From Eledone cirrhosa (Eukaryota): a stretch of 64,000 bases of DNA. The translations under genes were made by a program, and so were the position numbers. The notes under the pieces are model-generated. The model did not search any database and was not told where the DNA came from. It worked only from the letters and a program-made list of their open reading frames with translations. Location of the stretch: positions 61,814,001-61,878,000 of the forward strand of contig OZ024744.1 in NCBI GenBank assembly GCA_964016885.1, written 5' to 3'. Below, piece after piece: positions 14,190 through 29,903 of this stretch (position 1 is its first letter; each line of letters starts with the position of its first letter).

Positions 14190-14790
14190 TGGGTAGACTA
14201 ACAGGAAAGGTAGTCCGCATGTAGATGTACGGGGATAATTGGTAGTAAGAGCAGCTGTGAAATAAACTTTTTAAAATGAAGGGTATATGGTATATAGAAG
14301 TGGTTGATAGCTTCTGTTAGCAATGAAGGAGGGTACTCCGAGAACACAGTAGCTAGAATAAGTCCAGGATGGAAAACAATCAGGGAGCTAATAGCTCTGT
14401 TCGTAACAAAATGCTTCCATTTACAAATGAAAGGTTGGCTGTATGATGTCTGTGTGCAATGTTGCATGGTAGTGAGACATGGGCAATTAATGTAGAGGAT
14501 ATGTGAAGGCTGGAGAGGAGAGAAAAGCTGGTATAAGAGGAATCAGATGTAATACATATGGATTATGATTCTTGGGTGAAGGCATACCAAGAAATCCCAG
14601 TGGAAAGGAGCTACAGTAGTGGGCGACCTAGAAAGAACTGGGCAGCGGTTGTGAGAGCTGATCTCAAATCGCTGGAGCTCACAGTCGAGTTGACAAAGTG
14701 CTGCAATGATGAGTAGAGAGTTGAAGTAATGACAAAGACCTCTCCAACCCTTGCAAGCACGGACAAGTGGACATGAAACAATGATGGTGA
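14190..14790 (+). mobile_element. Degraded RTE LINE 3' fragment
   Basis: GGYSENTVARISPGWK..KGWLYDVCV and GRPRKNW remnants; tail ttgcaagcacggacaagtggacatg..atgatg. Confidence 0.75.
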
Positions 14791-15024
14791 TACTATATCT
14801 AACATATATGTATATATTATGTATATATTATGTATATATATCTCATCATCATTTTATGTCCACTTTTCCATGCTTGCATGTAGATATTCTTTATCTTGTA
14901 ATGGACTGGTATATTTAGTCATTTAACAACAATGAAACTGTAATAAACTTGGGCCTCATGTAACCCCTTTTTTGTAACATTTACAGAATGTTTATTATTT
15001 AAAAATATAAAATCCCAAACTTAC

Positions 15025-15173
15025 TATGAAAACGATGTTCTATTTTTCTTAATATACACAGAATTGCTGCAAGTTCTTGGTTAGCACTTTTCCAAGCTGG
15101 CATTTCACTGGACGATGGATCAGTTAAATAATCATCAACTGGCGAAGGTGTTTGGCTCACTTTATTACATTCT
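15025..15173 (-). CDS. Internal coding exon of host gene (ECNKVSQTPSPVDDYLTDPSSSEMPAWKSANQELAAILCILRKIEHRFH-I)
   Basis: 149 bp; acceptor aaaacag|, donor ATA|gtaagt; phases match both neighbouring exons without stops. Confidence 0.85.
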
Positions 15174-15978
15174 CTGTTTTAATACACACAACAGAATTAC
15201 ACAAAATAGTTTAATCATCTTCACATACATTTTCAAAGTATGCCAGGGGAAACACTTTTTTTAAAGAAGGAAGGGAATAATCACTTACACTTACCCCAGT
15301 AGTTGACAGGTATTTTATAGACCTTGGAAGGATTAAAAGCAAGGTTGACCTTCATGGGATTTGAAACCAGATTGTAAAATATATAACCCAAAACTTTAAC
15401 ACTCTACTGATTTCTAATTTTAGCATAAAGCCAGCAATTTAGAGGGAGAGGGAAAGTGAATTATTGATCCCAGTATTTGACTGATACTTTATTTTATGAG
15501 TGCAACCCATGCTAGCGTGGAAGATAGACGTTAAACGATGATGATTGCATTAAAAATTAAAGTCTTTACTTTACTGCAAATTTTCATAACAATCTGTTGT
15601 GAAAATCTAGTAAAAATATGATAAACATTTGAATTAGCAAACTTGTTTTTAGACATTTTCTGCTAAATCCTTACAGGATATTAATCAGTTTAAATCTTGA
15701 CATTGCTTTACTCTCATCGTATTCATCATTATTATACGCCCACACTTGCATGTCAGCATAGGTTGAAATAGACATTTTTCAGGCAGTTTTCTATGACTAG
15801 ATGCTCTTCCTGAATCCTACATTCACTTTAAGTTATTAATTTTCATATATTGTGTTGGTGAGCTGCAGGACAAATAAACATCACTGGCTTCCCAAGTGGC
15901 ATTAACATGATGGTACATGCAGGGACAGACACACAAAAATATTCAAAGAGGAGAAAGTATAAAAACAAAACAACTAAC

Positions 15979-16064
15979 CTCAATCTTTGAAAAGTCCTAT
16001 CTGTAGCTGTTTTCAGTTTCAACGACAATTGATAAATAGAGGAAATAATAATATTGTCATATGA
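15979..16064 (-). CDS. Internal coding exon of host gene (SYDNIIISSIYQLSLKLKTATDRTFQRL-R)
   Basis: 86 bp; acceptor atttccag|, donor GAG|gttagt; phase 0 to 2, joins in frame to exon 15025-15173. Confidence 0.8.
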
Positions 16065-16118
16065 CTGGAAATATAGAAAGAAGACAATGAGGATAATGAT
16101 GATAACAACAATAACAAT

Positions 16119-16149
<31 letters not shown>

Positions 16150-16760
16150 TGATAACAACAATAATTAATAATTAATAATAATAATAATTGTTTCTATTTT
16201 AGGCACAAGGACAGCAATTTGAAGGGAAGGGGAAAGTCGATTAAATCGGCCCCACTGGTACTTTATTTTATCGACCCCATAAGAATGAAAGGCAAAACTA
16301 ATAATAGTAATAATAATTCTTTGTACAAGGCCAGCAAGTTGGGGGAGGGGAAAGTTGATTACATCAATCCCAGTACTTTACTGCTACTTTATTGTATTGA
16401 ACATAGAAAGGATCTGAGCTCAGAATGTAAAGGGCCATTACTAAATACTGCTAAGTATTTTGTCCAACACTAACTATTCTGCCAATCCTTGCTTTAACCC
16501 TTTAGCATTTAAATTACTCTATATTTACTATTGTATTTTCACAGTAAACACTTTATCTCACATAATAGTGAATCTACGAGATTTTTATATCTATTTTGAG
16601 AACAATACCTTAACATAAGTATGAGCAGCCAGTTATGGCTAGTTTGAACAGAAAGAAATTTGAGGGAATTTTGGCTGAATATATATATATATATATGAAT
16701 ATATGAATATATATGTATATATATGAATATATATATATATATATATATGAATATATATAT

Positions 16761-17094
16761 CATCATTTCATTTTACGTCCGCTTTTCCCTGCTTGCAAGG
16801 ATGGGACAGGAACTGATTGTGGCTTGATTTCTACAGCTGGATGGCCTTTCTAACACCAACCTCATTTACAGCGAGTGCTGGGTGCTTTTTTGCCGTGGCA
16901 CCTCCACGACCACTTTACAGTGGAATGATAGGGACCCCAGTCCCTATCATCTCATTTCTACAGCTGAGGAAACTGGAGCAATGTGAAATAAAGTGTCTTG
17001 CTCAAGGAAACAACACATCACCCGGTCTGAAAATTGAACTCACAACCTTTCGATTGCAAAGCCAATGCTCTAACCACTAAGCCACATGCTTCCA
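16761..17094 (-). mobile_element. SINE family A copy
   Basis: Near-identical to 673-1005. Confidence 0.85.
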
Positions 17095-17206
17095 TGAATA
17101 TATGTATATATATATATATGAATACATATATATATATAATTATATATATATACATATATGAATATATATATATATATAATTATATATATATACATATATG
17201 AATATA

Positions 17207-17262
<56 letters not shown>

Positions 17263-17325
17263 TATATATATATATATATTCATATATTCATATATATATA
17301 TTCATATATATATATTCATATATTC

Positions 17326-17425
<100 letters not shown>

Positions 17426-17450
17426 CCTATCATGATGATATATATATATA

Positions 17451-18712
17451 GAGAAGGCCTTTGATAGGGTACGATAGGGTACCCTGATCTGTCATCTGGT
17501 GGTCCCTAAGGAAGCTGGGTGTTGAGGAATGGCTTGTAAGGACAGTGCAAACTTTGTACAGAGGTACTCTCAGTAAAGTCAGAGTAGGAATGGAGTTTAG
17601 TGAGGAATTCCAGATACAAGTAGGAGTACATCAGGGTTCGGTCCTCAGCCCGCTCTTGTTCATTATAGTCCTCCAAGCCATAACAGAGGAGTTTAAGATT
17701 GGCTGTCCATGGGAACTTCTCTATGCTGACGATCTGGCTCTTATGGCAGAATCAGTAGAGGAGCTAGAGAATAAATTCCGGCTATGGAAACAGCAGTTGG
17801 AAGCAAGAGGACTGAGAGTAAATCTAGCTAAGACAAAAGTGTTGATGAGTAGAAAAGAGGACAAAACCCTGATTCCGTCAGGGAAATGGCCATGTTCGAT
17901 ATGCAGAAAAGGAACTGGCATAAATTCTATAAAATGCACACAATGTAGGTCCTGGGTACACAAGAGATGTAGCGGGATAGCAGGCAAACTAACAGGTAGG
18001 GAGAAATATGTATGCAGTAGATGTACAGGGAAATTAGACAGTAGAAGTCGCACTGATAGACACATTTTTCAAATGCGAGAGGGCGCTATAGAAGTGGTGG
18101 ATAGCTTCCGGTACCTAGGAGATCAGATTAGCATGGGAGGAGCGTGTTCCGAGGCCATAGTATCTAGAATAAGGACGGGTTGGAAGAAGTTTAGGGAGCT
18201 GCTTCCTCTGTTGACGAAGAAGGGTTTCTCCCTGCGTACGAAAGGCCGGTTGTATGATGCCTGTGTGAGGAGCGCGATGCTGCATGGTAGTGAGACATGG
18301 GCAGCTACCGCAGAAGATATGCGACGGCTGGAGAGAAATGAGGCAAGCATGCTCCGTTGGATGTGCAATGTCAATGTGCGTGAACGACCAGCATAAATGT
18401 GTTGAGAGAGAAACTGTGGTCTGAGAGGGATAGAATGTAGTGTACGGGAGAGGAGACTGAGGTGGTATGGACATGTGATGCGCATGGAGGATGACCGATG
18501 GGTGAAGAAGTGCCAGGAAATGCCAGTTGAAGGAAGACGTGGTAGAGGTAGACCACGAAAAACATGGGCGGAGGTGGTGAGAACAGACCTCAGATCATTG
18601 AAGCTCACGGTGGAGATGACGAGGGACCGTGACGAGTGGAGAGATGCTGTGCTGAATAAGACCCGTCCCACCCTTGCAAGCAGGGAAAAGCGGACGTAAA
18701 ATGATGATGATG
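17451..18712 (+). mobile_element. 5'-truncated RTE LINE (second subfamily), RT-PHD-C-terminus, one frameshift near 18390
   Basis: ORF 17545-18396 (GVHQGSVLSPLLF, LLYADD, CSIC..CTQC..HKRC..CSRC) continues in ORF 18475-18699; ends in (ATG)n tail. Confidence 0.92.
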
Positions 18713-18795
18713 ATATATATATATATTTATATAAATATATATATGACTATATATATATAAATATAGATGAATATATATATATATATATATGAATA

Positions 18796-20017
18796 TCATC
18801 ATCACAGTTTAACGTCTATCTTCCACGCATGCATGGGTTTGGACGGGTGTTTTCCCACTTGAGGCATAGGACTGTCTGGCGGGTTTTCTATGGCTGGATG
18901 CCCTTCCTAACACCAACCATATTTACAGTGTGGAACTGGGAGGTTTTGACCGTGTTACCTACAAGGCCACATTACAACGTGGACTGTGTTTTTTTTTGTC
19001 GTGACACCTACACGACCTCATTTGTTTCGGCCTGGATGTTGTGGTACAAACATAACTTTACATTGAAAGGGGTGGTGTGGATGGGGTGGGGGTAGTGGGA
19101 GGGGGGTGTATTTTGTTAGAGGTGCCTACTGACTGTAGTAGGTTTTACTTTGTACTTAGGCAAGGCGGGTCTTCTCTATTACTGTGTAGCGCCAAAGATC
19201 TCGGTCCAGTGACATTGTCTTGGAGAGGTGTAAGTGTGTGAGGTCGGAATTTATCAAGTCGTCCCAGGTTTTTCTGGGTCTGCCTACTCTGTGGCTACCG
19301 TCTATTTTTATTGCCCTGCACTTTTTTATACAGCTGTCGTCTTTCATGCGCATCACGTGACCATACCAACGTAGCCTTCTCTCGAGTAAACAACATCTGA
19401 TCCCTCTTATTTCTAATTTTCCCTTAGTTCGTTTACGCTTTGCCGTTCGCGTATATTACTATTACACATCCAGCGGAGCATGCAAGCTTCGTTCCTCTCT
19501 AGTCTGCGTATATCCTCTGCACACAATGCCCAGGTCTCACTGCCATGTAACATTGCTGTTCGTATGCAGGCATCATACAGTCTGCCTTTCATTTTTAGAG
19601 AGAACCCTTTAGCGGCTAATAGTGGTATAAACTCTCTGAACTTTTTCCATCCAGTTCTGACTCTAGCTACTGTACTTTCAGAGCACCCTCCCCCACTGCT
19701 GATTTTGTCACCCAGGTAACGTAAGCTGTCCACTATTTCTATAGAACCATCTGCGCAATTGAAAGAGCTAGTATTCTATGGGCACTTGCTGCTACTTATT
19801 GCACCAGAGCACCGACCACATATAAAATCTATGTTCTTAGTTAGCTTACCTGTGATCCCACTACATCTTTTATGCACCCATACTTTGCATTTGGGACATA
19901 AAATGGAGTTTCTACCTACTACTTTCCTACACACTGAGCATGGCCATTTCCCGGATGAGACCGGCGCGCCCTATTTTCCTTCCTACAAACTAGAACTTTA
20001 GTCTTAGACAGGTTAAT
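18796..20017 (-). mobile_element. 5'-truncated, frameshifted copy of the 33.2-37.8 kb RTE subfamily
   Basis: ORFs 19413-19733 and 19156-19356 are nearly identical to the C-terminus of the 1095-aa ORF; same 3' UTR and tail. Confidence 0.9.
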
Positions 20018-20077
20018 GTATATATATATGAATATATATATATATATATATATATATGAATCTATATATATATATAT

Positions 20078-20580
20078 TTATTAAAATAACAGATTAAAGT
20101 TTAAGCAAAGAATCGCTGCTTTCACCCTTAACGGGATCTTCTGAAACTAACAAAGTCAATCTGTACACGCAGAACTGGATATTTCAAAAAACGTTGCAAC
20201 CGGAGGAAGACAGGAAAACGATACTTTGGTTCGTGGTAACGTTCGCTGGCAAAGAACGGGAAAAAACGAATAATACGTCATTAATAGGAGCGGTGAAAAA
20301 CAATTACGCGCAAAGACAAAACCACGTTTATGGTACCAAAGTATCGTCTTCCTGTCTTCCTCCGGTTGCAACGTTTTTTGAAATATCCAGTTCTGCGTTT
20401 ACAGATTGACTTTGTTAGTTTCAGAAGATCCCGTTAAGGGTGAAAGCAGCGATTCTTTGCTTAAACTTTAATCTGTTATTTTAATAAATATTTGCTCTAC
20501 GGTTCTTATATATTTGATATATATTTTCCGTATCGAGCCCTCTTTGGATTTTAGTCTTCAATTTTATTATTATTACTATA
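20078..20580. mobile_element. Fold-back solo pseudo-LTR of the Penelope element (inverted copy + forward copy + tail)
   Basis: 20335-20580 matches 30767-31008; 20078-20335 is the reverse complement of ~30660-30920. Confidence 0.9.
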
Positions 20581-20616
20581 TATATATATATATATAAATA
20601 AATATATATATATATA

Positions 20617-20800
20617 TTAGAATTGGAGCTCTGAAATAGCAATATATATATGGATGTATATATAATGTATTTTGCAATACACTTTATGCTGAGATTAAAG
20701 TAAGTGAATTTGTCACTACTCTAAAACAATAGCATACGGTCTTCAAAATGCTTATAATTAAGCATAAAGTGTATTGCAAAATACATTATATATACATCCA
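20617..20800. mobile_element. Small fold-back: 40-bp arms 20651-20690 and 20761-20800 plus tail
   Basis: tggatgtatatataatgtattttgcaatacactttatgct / agcataaagtgtattgcaaaatacattatatatacatcca. Confidence 0.75.
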
Positions 20801-20910
20801 TATATATATATATATATATATATATGAATATATATATATGAATATATATATGAATATATATATATATATATATATGAATATATATATATGAATATATATA
20901 TATATATATG

Positions 20911-21480
20911 TAAGTATGTATGTATACGTACATACATATATGTATACAGACGTACAGTAGCATGCATATATATTTATATATACATACAGGTACACATACA
21001 TATATGCACGCATCAGTTTAGCGGACGCTTATTATAACGCCGCTTTGTTCGTTTGTCAACAAACTGAACACATATATGTATGTACGTATACATACATACT
21101 TACATTTAAGTAAGTGCCATACTAAGAGCGAGAAATGAAATTTCGTTTTCATTTTTTTCAACTTATCGTTTTCGGTATGCCTGACCGATTTAACTCACTC
21201 AATATGCAAATTAGGCTGCTCAGCCGTTAATTTTCATAAGGAAAGTATATACTTTCGAACGTTCAACTATCTGGCAGATGGGTAAACGGTGCTGATGATA
21301 GCTAACAAGCTTGAAACTAGTACATCGTTCCTGTGTCGGTGTTGAACAAAAAGGTGACGTGGTTGTCTTAACACCGTATGGCATAAATTCAGGCTGTTCA
21401 GTTTGTTGACAAACGAACAAAGCGGCGTTATAATAAGCGTCCGCTAAACTGATGCGTGCATATATGTATGTGTACCTGTA

Positions 21481-21516
<36 letters not shown>

Positions 21517-21627
21517 TGCTACTATACGTCTGTATACATATATGTATGTACGTATACATACATACTTACATTTAAGTAAGTGCCATACTAAGAGTGAGAA
21601 ATGAAATTTCGTTTTCATTTTTTCAAC
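20911..21627. mobile_element. Diverged retrozyme-family member: inverted piece (20911-21070) plus ~1.2 forward units, period 466 bp
   Basis: catatatgtatgtacg at 21071 and 21537; shares atgcaaattag, taattttcata, gatgggtaaa and the hammerhead with the 469-bp unit. Confidence 0.85.
21285..21329 (+). ncRNA. Minimal type I hammerhead ribozyme
   Basis: AACGGUG-CUGAUGA-U AGCU(AACA)AGCU U-GAAA-CUAG-UA-CAUCGUU; GUA site; U.U at the base of stem II. Confidence 0.8.
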
Positions 21628-21730
21628 TATATATATATGAATATATATATGAATATATATATATATATATATATATGAATATATATATATATATAAATAC
21701 ATATATATATATATATATGAATATATATAT

Positions 21731-21765
<35 letters not shown>

Positions 21766-21796
21766 AATATATGAATATATATATGAATATATATAT

Positions 21797-21831
<35 letters not shown>

Positions 21832-21858
21832 AATATATGAATATATATATATATAAAT

Positions 21859-21890
<32 letters not shown>

Positions 21891-21934
21891 GAATATATAT
21901 ATATATGAATATATATATATATGAATATATATAT

Positions 21935-21979
<45 letters not shown>

Positions 21980-21994
21980 TATGAATATATATAT

Positions 21995-22026
<32 letters not shown>

Positions 22027-22507
22027 GAATATATATATATATATTCATATATATATATATGAATATATATATTTATGAATATATATATATATATATGAAT
22101 ATATATATATACATGAATATATATATATATATATATGAATATATATATATATATGAATATATATATATATATATAAATATATATATATATATGAATATAT
22201 ATATATATATATGAATATATATATATATATGAATATATATATATATGGAATATATATATATATATATGAATATATATATATATATATGAATATATATATA
22301 TATATGAATATATATATATATATGAATATATATATATATATATATATATATGAATATATATATATATATATATTCATATATATATATCTATATATTCATA
22401 TATATATATATATTCATATAGGAACCAGTAAGACCCCGACAGCTGAGCTCAAGCCGTTTCGACGGCTAATTCTGGACTATATATGAATATATATATATAT
22501 ATATATA

Positions 22508-22538
<31 letters not shown>

Positions 22539-22579
22539 CTATCTATATTCATATATCTATCTATCTATCTATCTATCTA

Positions 22580-22776
<197 letters not shown>

Positions 22777-23115
22777 ATCTATCTATCTATCTATATATAT
22801 ATATATATCTATATATATTCATATATATATATATATCTATATATTCATATCTATATATATATATATATATATATATATCTATATATTCATATATATAAAT
22901 ATATATATATATATATATGTAGATAAATCTACCAAGAGTTTACGGTAGTGTCCAATCCGTATGAAGAACTCAATGTATTCCGGATATCATGGAAAGAAGA
23001 GATGTAATGAAAAATCACTTTCGGTGAAAGATATATATATATATATTCATATATATATATATCTATATATTCATATATATATATATATATATATATATCT
23101 ATATATTCATATATA

Positions 23116-23393
23116 TATTGTTATATTTGGGGAGGGTCATATTTGCGTAATATTGCCAGAATTAATAACAGAACACACTCACTGTTTGGTTGGTTTTCGC
23201 TTCTTGCTAGTTAATGGCAACATTGAGGACCGAGTAAGTTAGATCGCAGATATAAAAGACAGCGAGAAGCGAAAACCAACCAAACAGTGGTGTGTTCTGT
23301 TATTAATTCTGGCAATATTACGCAAATATGACCCTCCCAAATATAACAATATCTGTTTCGACACACGATTTCATATAAAAAACCTCGCTAAAC
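23116..23393. mobile_element. Fold-back element related to 8536-9097, in opposite orientation
   Basis: Arms 23116-23205 and 23262-23352; shared end attgttata.ttgggagggtcat; tail tctgtttcgacacac..ctcgctaaac resembles the reverse complement of 8536-8580. Confidence 0.85.
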
Positions 23394-23420
23394 TATATAT
23401 ATATATATATCTATATATTC

Positions 23421-23453
<33 letters not shown>

Positions 23454-23459
23454 TTCATA

Positions 23460-23493
<34 letters not shown>

Positions 23494-23515
23494 CATATAT
23501 ACATATATTCATATA

Positions 23516-23549
<34 letters not shown>

Positions 23550-23607
23550 CATATATTCATATATATATAGATATATATATACATATATACATATATATAT
23601 ACATATA

Positions 23608-23649
<42 letters not shown>

Positions 23650-23726
23650 TTCATATATATATATATATATACATATATTCATATATATATATACATATAT
23701 ACATATATATATATATACATATATTC

Positions 23727-23759
<33 letters not shown>

Positions 23760-23937
23760 TTCATATATATATTCATATATATGAATATATATTATATATA
23801 TATATATATATGAATATATATATATATATATATATATATGAATATATATATATATGAATATATATATATGAATATATATATATATGAATATATATATATG
23901 AATATATATATATATGAATATATATATATGAATATTA

Positions 23938-24001
<64 letters not shown>

Positions 24002-24021
24002 TATATATATATATATATATA

Positions 24022-24219
<198 letters not shown>

Positions 24220-24238
24220 TATATATATTATATATATA

Positions 24239-24272
<34 letters not shown>

Positions 24273-24301
24273 TATATATATATATTCATATATATATATT
24301 C

Positions 24302-24362
<61 letters not shown>

Positions 24363-24387
24363 CATATACATACATATACATATATTC

Positions 24388-24430
<43 letters not shown>

Positions 24431-24447
24431 TTCATATATACATATTC

Positions 24448-24506
<59 letters not shown>

Positions 24507-24531
24507 CATATACATACATATACATATATTC

Positions 24532-24564
<33 letters not shown>

Positions 24565-24691
24565 CATATATTCATATATATATATATATACATATATACA
24601 TACATATATATATATATATATATACATACATATACATACATATACATATATTCATATATATACATATATATATATATATATACATATATTC

Positions 24692-24724
<33 letters not shown>

Positions 24725-24733
24725 CATATATAC

Positions 24734-24766
<33 letters not shown>

Positions 24767-24828
24767 CATATATTCATATATATATATATATATATATACA
24801 TATATTCATATATATATATATATATATA

Positions 24829-24887
<59 letters not shown>

Positions 24888-24909
24888 TATATATATATAT
24901 ATATATATA

Positions 24910-24945
<36 letters not shown>

Positions 24946-24965
24946 TATATATATATATATATATA

Positions 24966-25000
<35 letters not shown>

Positions 25001-25011
25001 ATATATATATA

Positions 25012-25044
<33 letters not shown>

Positions 25045-25061
25045 ATATCTATATCTATATA

Positions 25062-25104
<43 letters not shown>

Positions 25105-25109
25105 ATATA

Positions 25110-25148
<39 letters not shown>

Positions 25149-25153
25149 ATATA

Positions 25154-25191
<38 letters not shown>

Positions 25192-25452
25192 TATATGAAT
25201 ATATATATATATATATATGAATATATATATATATATATATATTCATATATATATATATATATGAATATATATATATATATATATATTCATATAATATATA
25301 TATATTCATATATATATGAATATATATATATATATATATATGAATATATATATATATATATGAATATATATATATATATATATATTCATATATATATATA
25401 TGAATATATATATATATATTCATATATAGATATATATATATTACATATATTC

Positions 25453-25489
<37 letters not shown>

Positions 25490-25498
25490 CATATATTC

Positions 25499-25531
<33 letters not shown>

Positions 25532-25564
25532 CATATATTCAATTATATATATATATATATATTC

Positions 25565-25595
<31 letters not shown>

Positions 25596-25637
25596 TATAC
25601 ATATATTCATATATATATATATATATATATACATATA

Positions 25638-25681
<44 letters not shown>

Positions 25682-25736
25682 TATACATATATTCATATAT
25701 ATATATATATATGTATATACATATATTCATATATTC

Positions 25737-25789
<53 letters not shown>

Positions 25790-25840
25790 CATATATATAT
25801 ACATATATATATATACATATATATATACATATATATATAC

Positions 25841-25919
<79 letters not shown>

Positions 25920-25963
25920 CATATATATATATAATATACATATATATATACATATATATATAC

Positions 25964-25994
<31 letters not shown>

Positions 25995-26201
25995 CATATA
26001 CATATATATATATACATATATACATATATATACATATATATATACATATATATATATATACATATATATATACATATATATATATATATACATATATATA
26101 TACATATACATATATATATATATATATACATATATATACATATATATATACATATATATATATATACATATATATATACATATATATACATATATATATA
26201 C

Positions 26202-26234
<33 letters not shown>

Positions 26235-26297
26235 CATATATATATACATATATATATATATATTCATATATATATATATATACACATATATATATAC

Positions 26298-26346
<49 letters not shown>

Positions 26347-26400
26347 TATATACATATATATATATATATACATATATATACATATATATATATATATTCA

Positions 26401-26431
<31 letters not shown>

Positions 26432-26518
26432 TCATATGTATATATATATATATTCATATATATATATATATATTCATATATATATATATATATTCATATA
26501 TATATATATATATATTCA

Positions 26519-26549
<31 letters not shown>

Positions 26550-26552
26550 TCA

Positions 26553-26583
<31 letters not shown>

Positions 26584-26586
26584 TCA

Positions 26587-26617
<31 letters not shown>

Positions 26618-26632
26618 TCATATATATATATA

Positions 26633-26668
<36 letters not shown>

Positions 26669-26706
26669 TATATATATATATTCATATATATATATATATA
26701 TGAATA

Positions 26707-26737
<31 letters not shown>

Positions 26738-26739
26738 TC

Positions 26740-26790
<51 letters not shown>

Positions 26791-27124
26791 TATATTCATA
26801 TATATATATATATATGAATATATATATATATATATTCATATATATATATATATATATATATATTCATATATATATCTATATATATCTATATTTTCATATC
26901 TATATATATCTATATTTTCATATCTATATATATCTATATTTTCATATATATATATCTATATATTCATATATATATATCTATATATTCATATATATATCTA
27001 TATATTCATATATATATCTATATATTCATATATATATCTATATATTCATATATATATCTATATATTCATATATATATCTATATATTCATATATATATCTA
27101 TATATTCATATATATATCTATATA

Positions 27125-27240
<116 letters not shown>

Positions 27241-27250
27241 AACCAGTAAG

Positions 27251-27344
27251 ACCCCGACGGCTGAGCTCAAGCCGTTTCGACGGCTAATTCTGGACTAAAT
27301 GAAAATTTATCCTGGTATTTAAATAGCCGATCTTCTCAAGGGGT
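27251..27344 (-). ncRNA. Type I hammerhead ribozyme, U3-A8 core variant (mirror copy)
   Basis: Same fold on the minus strand with a perfect stem III ACGGCU/AGCCGU. Confidence 0.8.
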
Positions 27345-27368
27345 AATTCCATATATATATATGGAATT

Positions 27369-27462
27369 ACCCCTTGAGAAGATCGGCTATTTAAATACCA
27401 GGATAAATTTTCATTTAGTCCAGAATTAGCCGTCGAAACGGCTTGAGTTCAGCTGTCGGGGT
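27369..27462 (+). ncRNA. Type I hammerhead ribozyme, U3-A8 core variant
   Basis: ACCCC-UUGAGAA-GA(U)CGGCUA...UAGCCG UC-GAAA-CGGCU(UGAGUUC)AGCUG-UC-GGGGU; three stems form; GUC site. Confidence 0.8.
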
Positions 27463-27884
27463 CTTACTGGTTCCTATTACCCACTCTACTACCTCAAGTA
27501 TTGAGTACTTTGGTGCGTTATGGTCCACCTGGTTCCTTACCACATTTCCTTCGTTATATATATATATATATATATATTCATATATATATATATATTCATA
27601 TATATATATATCTATATATATATATATTCATATATATATATACATATCTATATATATATCTATATATATATATTCATATATATATATATCTATATATATA
27701 TATTCATATATATATATATCTATATTTATATATTCATATATATATATCTATCTATATATATATATATATTCATATATATATATCTATATATATATATATA
27801 TTCATATATATATATCTATCTATATATATATATTCATATATATATATATATCTATATATATATCTATATCTATATATATATATA

Positions 27885-27970
<86 letters not shown>

Positions 27971-28321
27971 TATATATATCTATATATCTATATATTCATA
28001 TATATATATATATATATATTCATATATATATATAAGAATTAGAACCCTGTAACCATTAAGCTCTAAGTATAAAGTACAAACAAATACTGAGCCGATTAAC
28101 AATATATAGTAAGAAACACAGTTAAACCGTGTGTCTAAAATTACAAGGGTTGAAAAACCACATATGCTTGAAATATTTAACCAAGAAACAGACAGAATGA
28201 CAAAATGAAAATAAAAATATATTATCATAACCATACAAACCGCCTCAGTAACCATTTTATCTCTCGGACAGATTATCCCTAATATATATTGTATATATAG
28301 ATATATATATATATATATATA

Positions 28322-28388
<67 letters not shown>

Positions 28389-28488
28389 TATATATATATA
28401 TATAAATATATAGATATATATATATATATATATGAATATATATATATATATATAAATATATAGATATATATATATATGAATATATATA

Positions 28489-28910
28489 TCATCATCATCA
28501 TCAGGTTTAGCGTCCGTGTTCCACGTTTGCATGGGTTTGGACGGGGGTTTTCCCACTTGAGGCAAGAGTGGTTGTCTTGCTCGCATAGGACTGTCTGGCG
28601 GGTTTTCTACAGTTGGATGCCCTTCCTAACACCAACCACATTTACAGTGTGGGGCTGGGAGGTTTTTACCGTGTTACCTACACGGCCACATTACAGCGTG
28701 GACTGTCTGGCGGGTTTTCTACAGCTGGATGCCCTTCCTAACACCAACCACATTTACAGTGTGGGGCTGGGAGGTTTGTACCGTGTTGCCTACACGGCCA
28801 CATTTACAGCGTGGACTGTGTGTTTTTTTGTCGTGACACCTACACGATCTCATTTGTTTCGGCCTGGGTGTTGTGGGACCAACATAACTTTACATAGAAA
28901 GGGGCGGTGT
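28489..28910 (-). mobile_element. RTE 3' UTR-only fragment with an internal ~110-bp duplication
   Basis: Matches 33214-33525; segment ggactgtctggcgggttttctac...acagcgt is duplicated. Confidence 0.85.
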
Positions 28911-28927
28911 ATATATATATATATATG

Positions 28928-28991
<64 letters not shown>

Positions 28992-29066
28992 TATATAGAT
29001 ATATATATATATATATATGAATATATAGATATATATATATATATATATGAATATATAGATATATAT

Positions 29067-29100
<34 letters not shown>

Positions 29101-29164
29101 TCATATATAGATATATATATATATATATATATGAATATATAGATATATATATGAATATATAGAT

Positions 29165-29217
<53 letters not shown>

Positions 29218-29258
29218 TATATAGATATATATATATATAAATATATATATATAAATAG

Positions 29259-29903
29259 GTGGCCACACCATTAGCTAAGATCTTTCTTTCCCTTATAACA
29301 AAGCATTTTCCCCCTACACATAAATATAGTAAAATTTTTAATAGAAATACTATTAAAATTTCTTACTCTACGACTCCTAACCTTGCACATAACATCACAG
29401 CTTCAAATTTACCTAAACTACCTAGCCGTAGGAACACGTGCAACCCTGTAGTTAGTACTAACTGTAATTGTAGGAATCGGGTTGATTGCCCCCTATCCGG
29501 GAAATTCCTCTCTAGCAACATTGTCTACAAATGTAAGATTGTAACACCCACGTCCTATAGGGCCTACATAGGGTTAACCGCCAATAGATTCAAGCAGCGT
29601 CTTTACACGCATACCCATTCTTTTCGTTACCCTCTAAGAAGGAATATGACGTCACTTTCAGCTTATATCTGGAGTCTAAAAGACAACCACACCCAATATA
29701 AGTTACACTGGGAGATCCTAGCTAGGGCTAGATCATATAACGGAAATAAAAGACCTTATGACCTCTGCGCCGCTGAGGCCTTGGAAATACTCTACGCCAC
29801 AGACCACATCTTAAACAAAAAATCTGAGGCAATTTCGGCCTGTAAACATAAATTCCACAAAACTTTCCTGTATTACAGCCCCACGTTATACCCTAATGGA
29901 TAG
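29259..29903 (+). CDS. C-terminal part of a Penelope-like element ORF: RT thumb, Cys-rich linker and GIY-YIG endonuclease (5'-truncated)
   Basis: [23 protein letters not shown]; [11 protein letters not shown] linker; [19 protein letters not shown]; LSAYIW; LCAAEALEI; LNKKSE..CKH. Confidence 0.9.
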   Translation: MATPLAKIFLSLITKHFPPTHKYSKIFNRNTIKISYSTTPNLAHNITASNLPKLPSRRNTCNPVVSTNCNCRNRVDCPLSGKFLSSNIVYKCKIVTPTSYRAYIGLTANRFKQRLYTHTHSFRYPLRRNMTSLSAYIWSLKDNHTQYKLHWEILARARSYNGNKRPYDLCAAEALEILYATDHILNKKSEAISACKHKFHKTFLYYSPTLYPNG

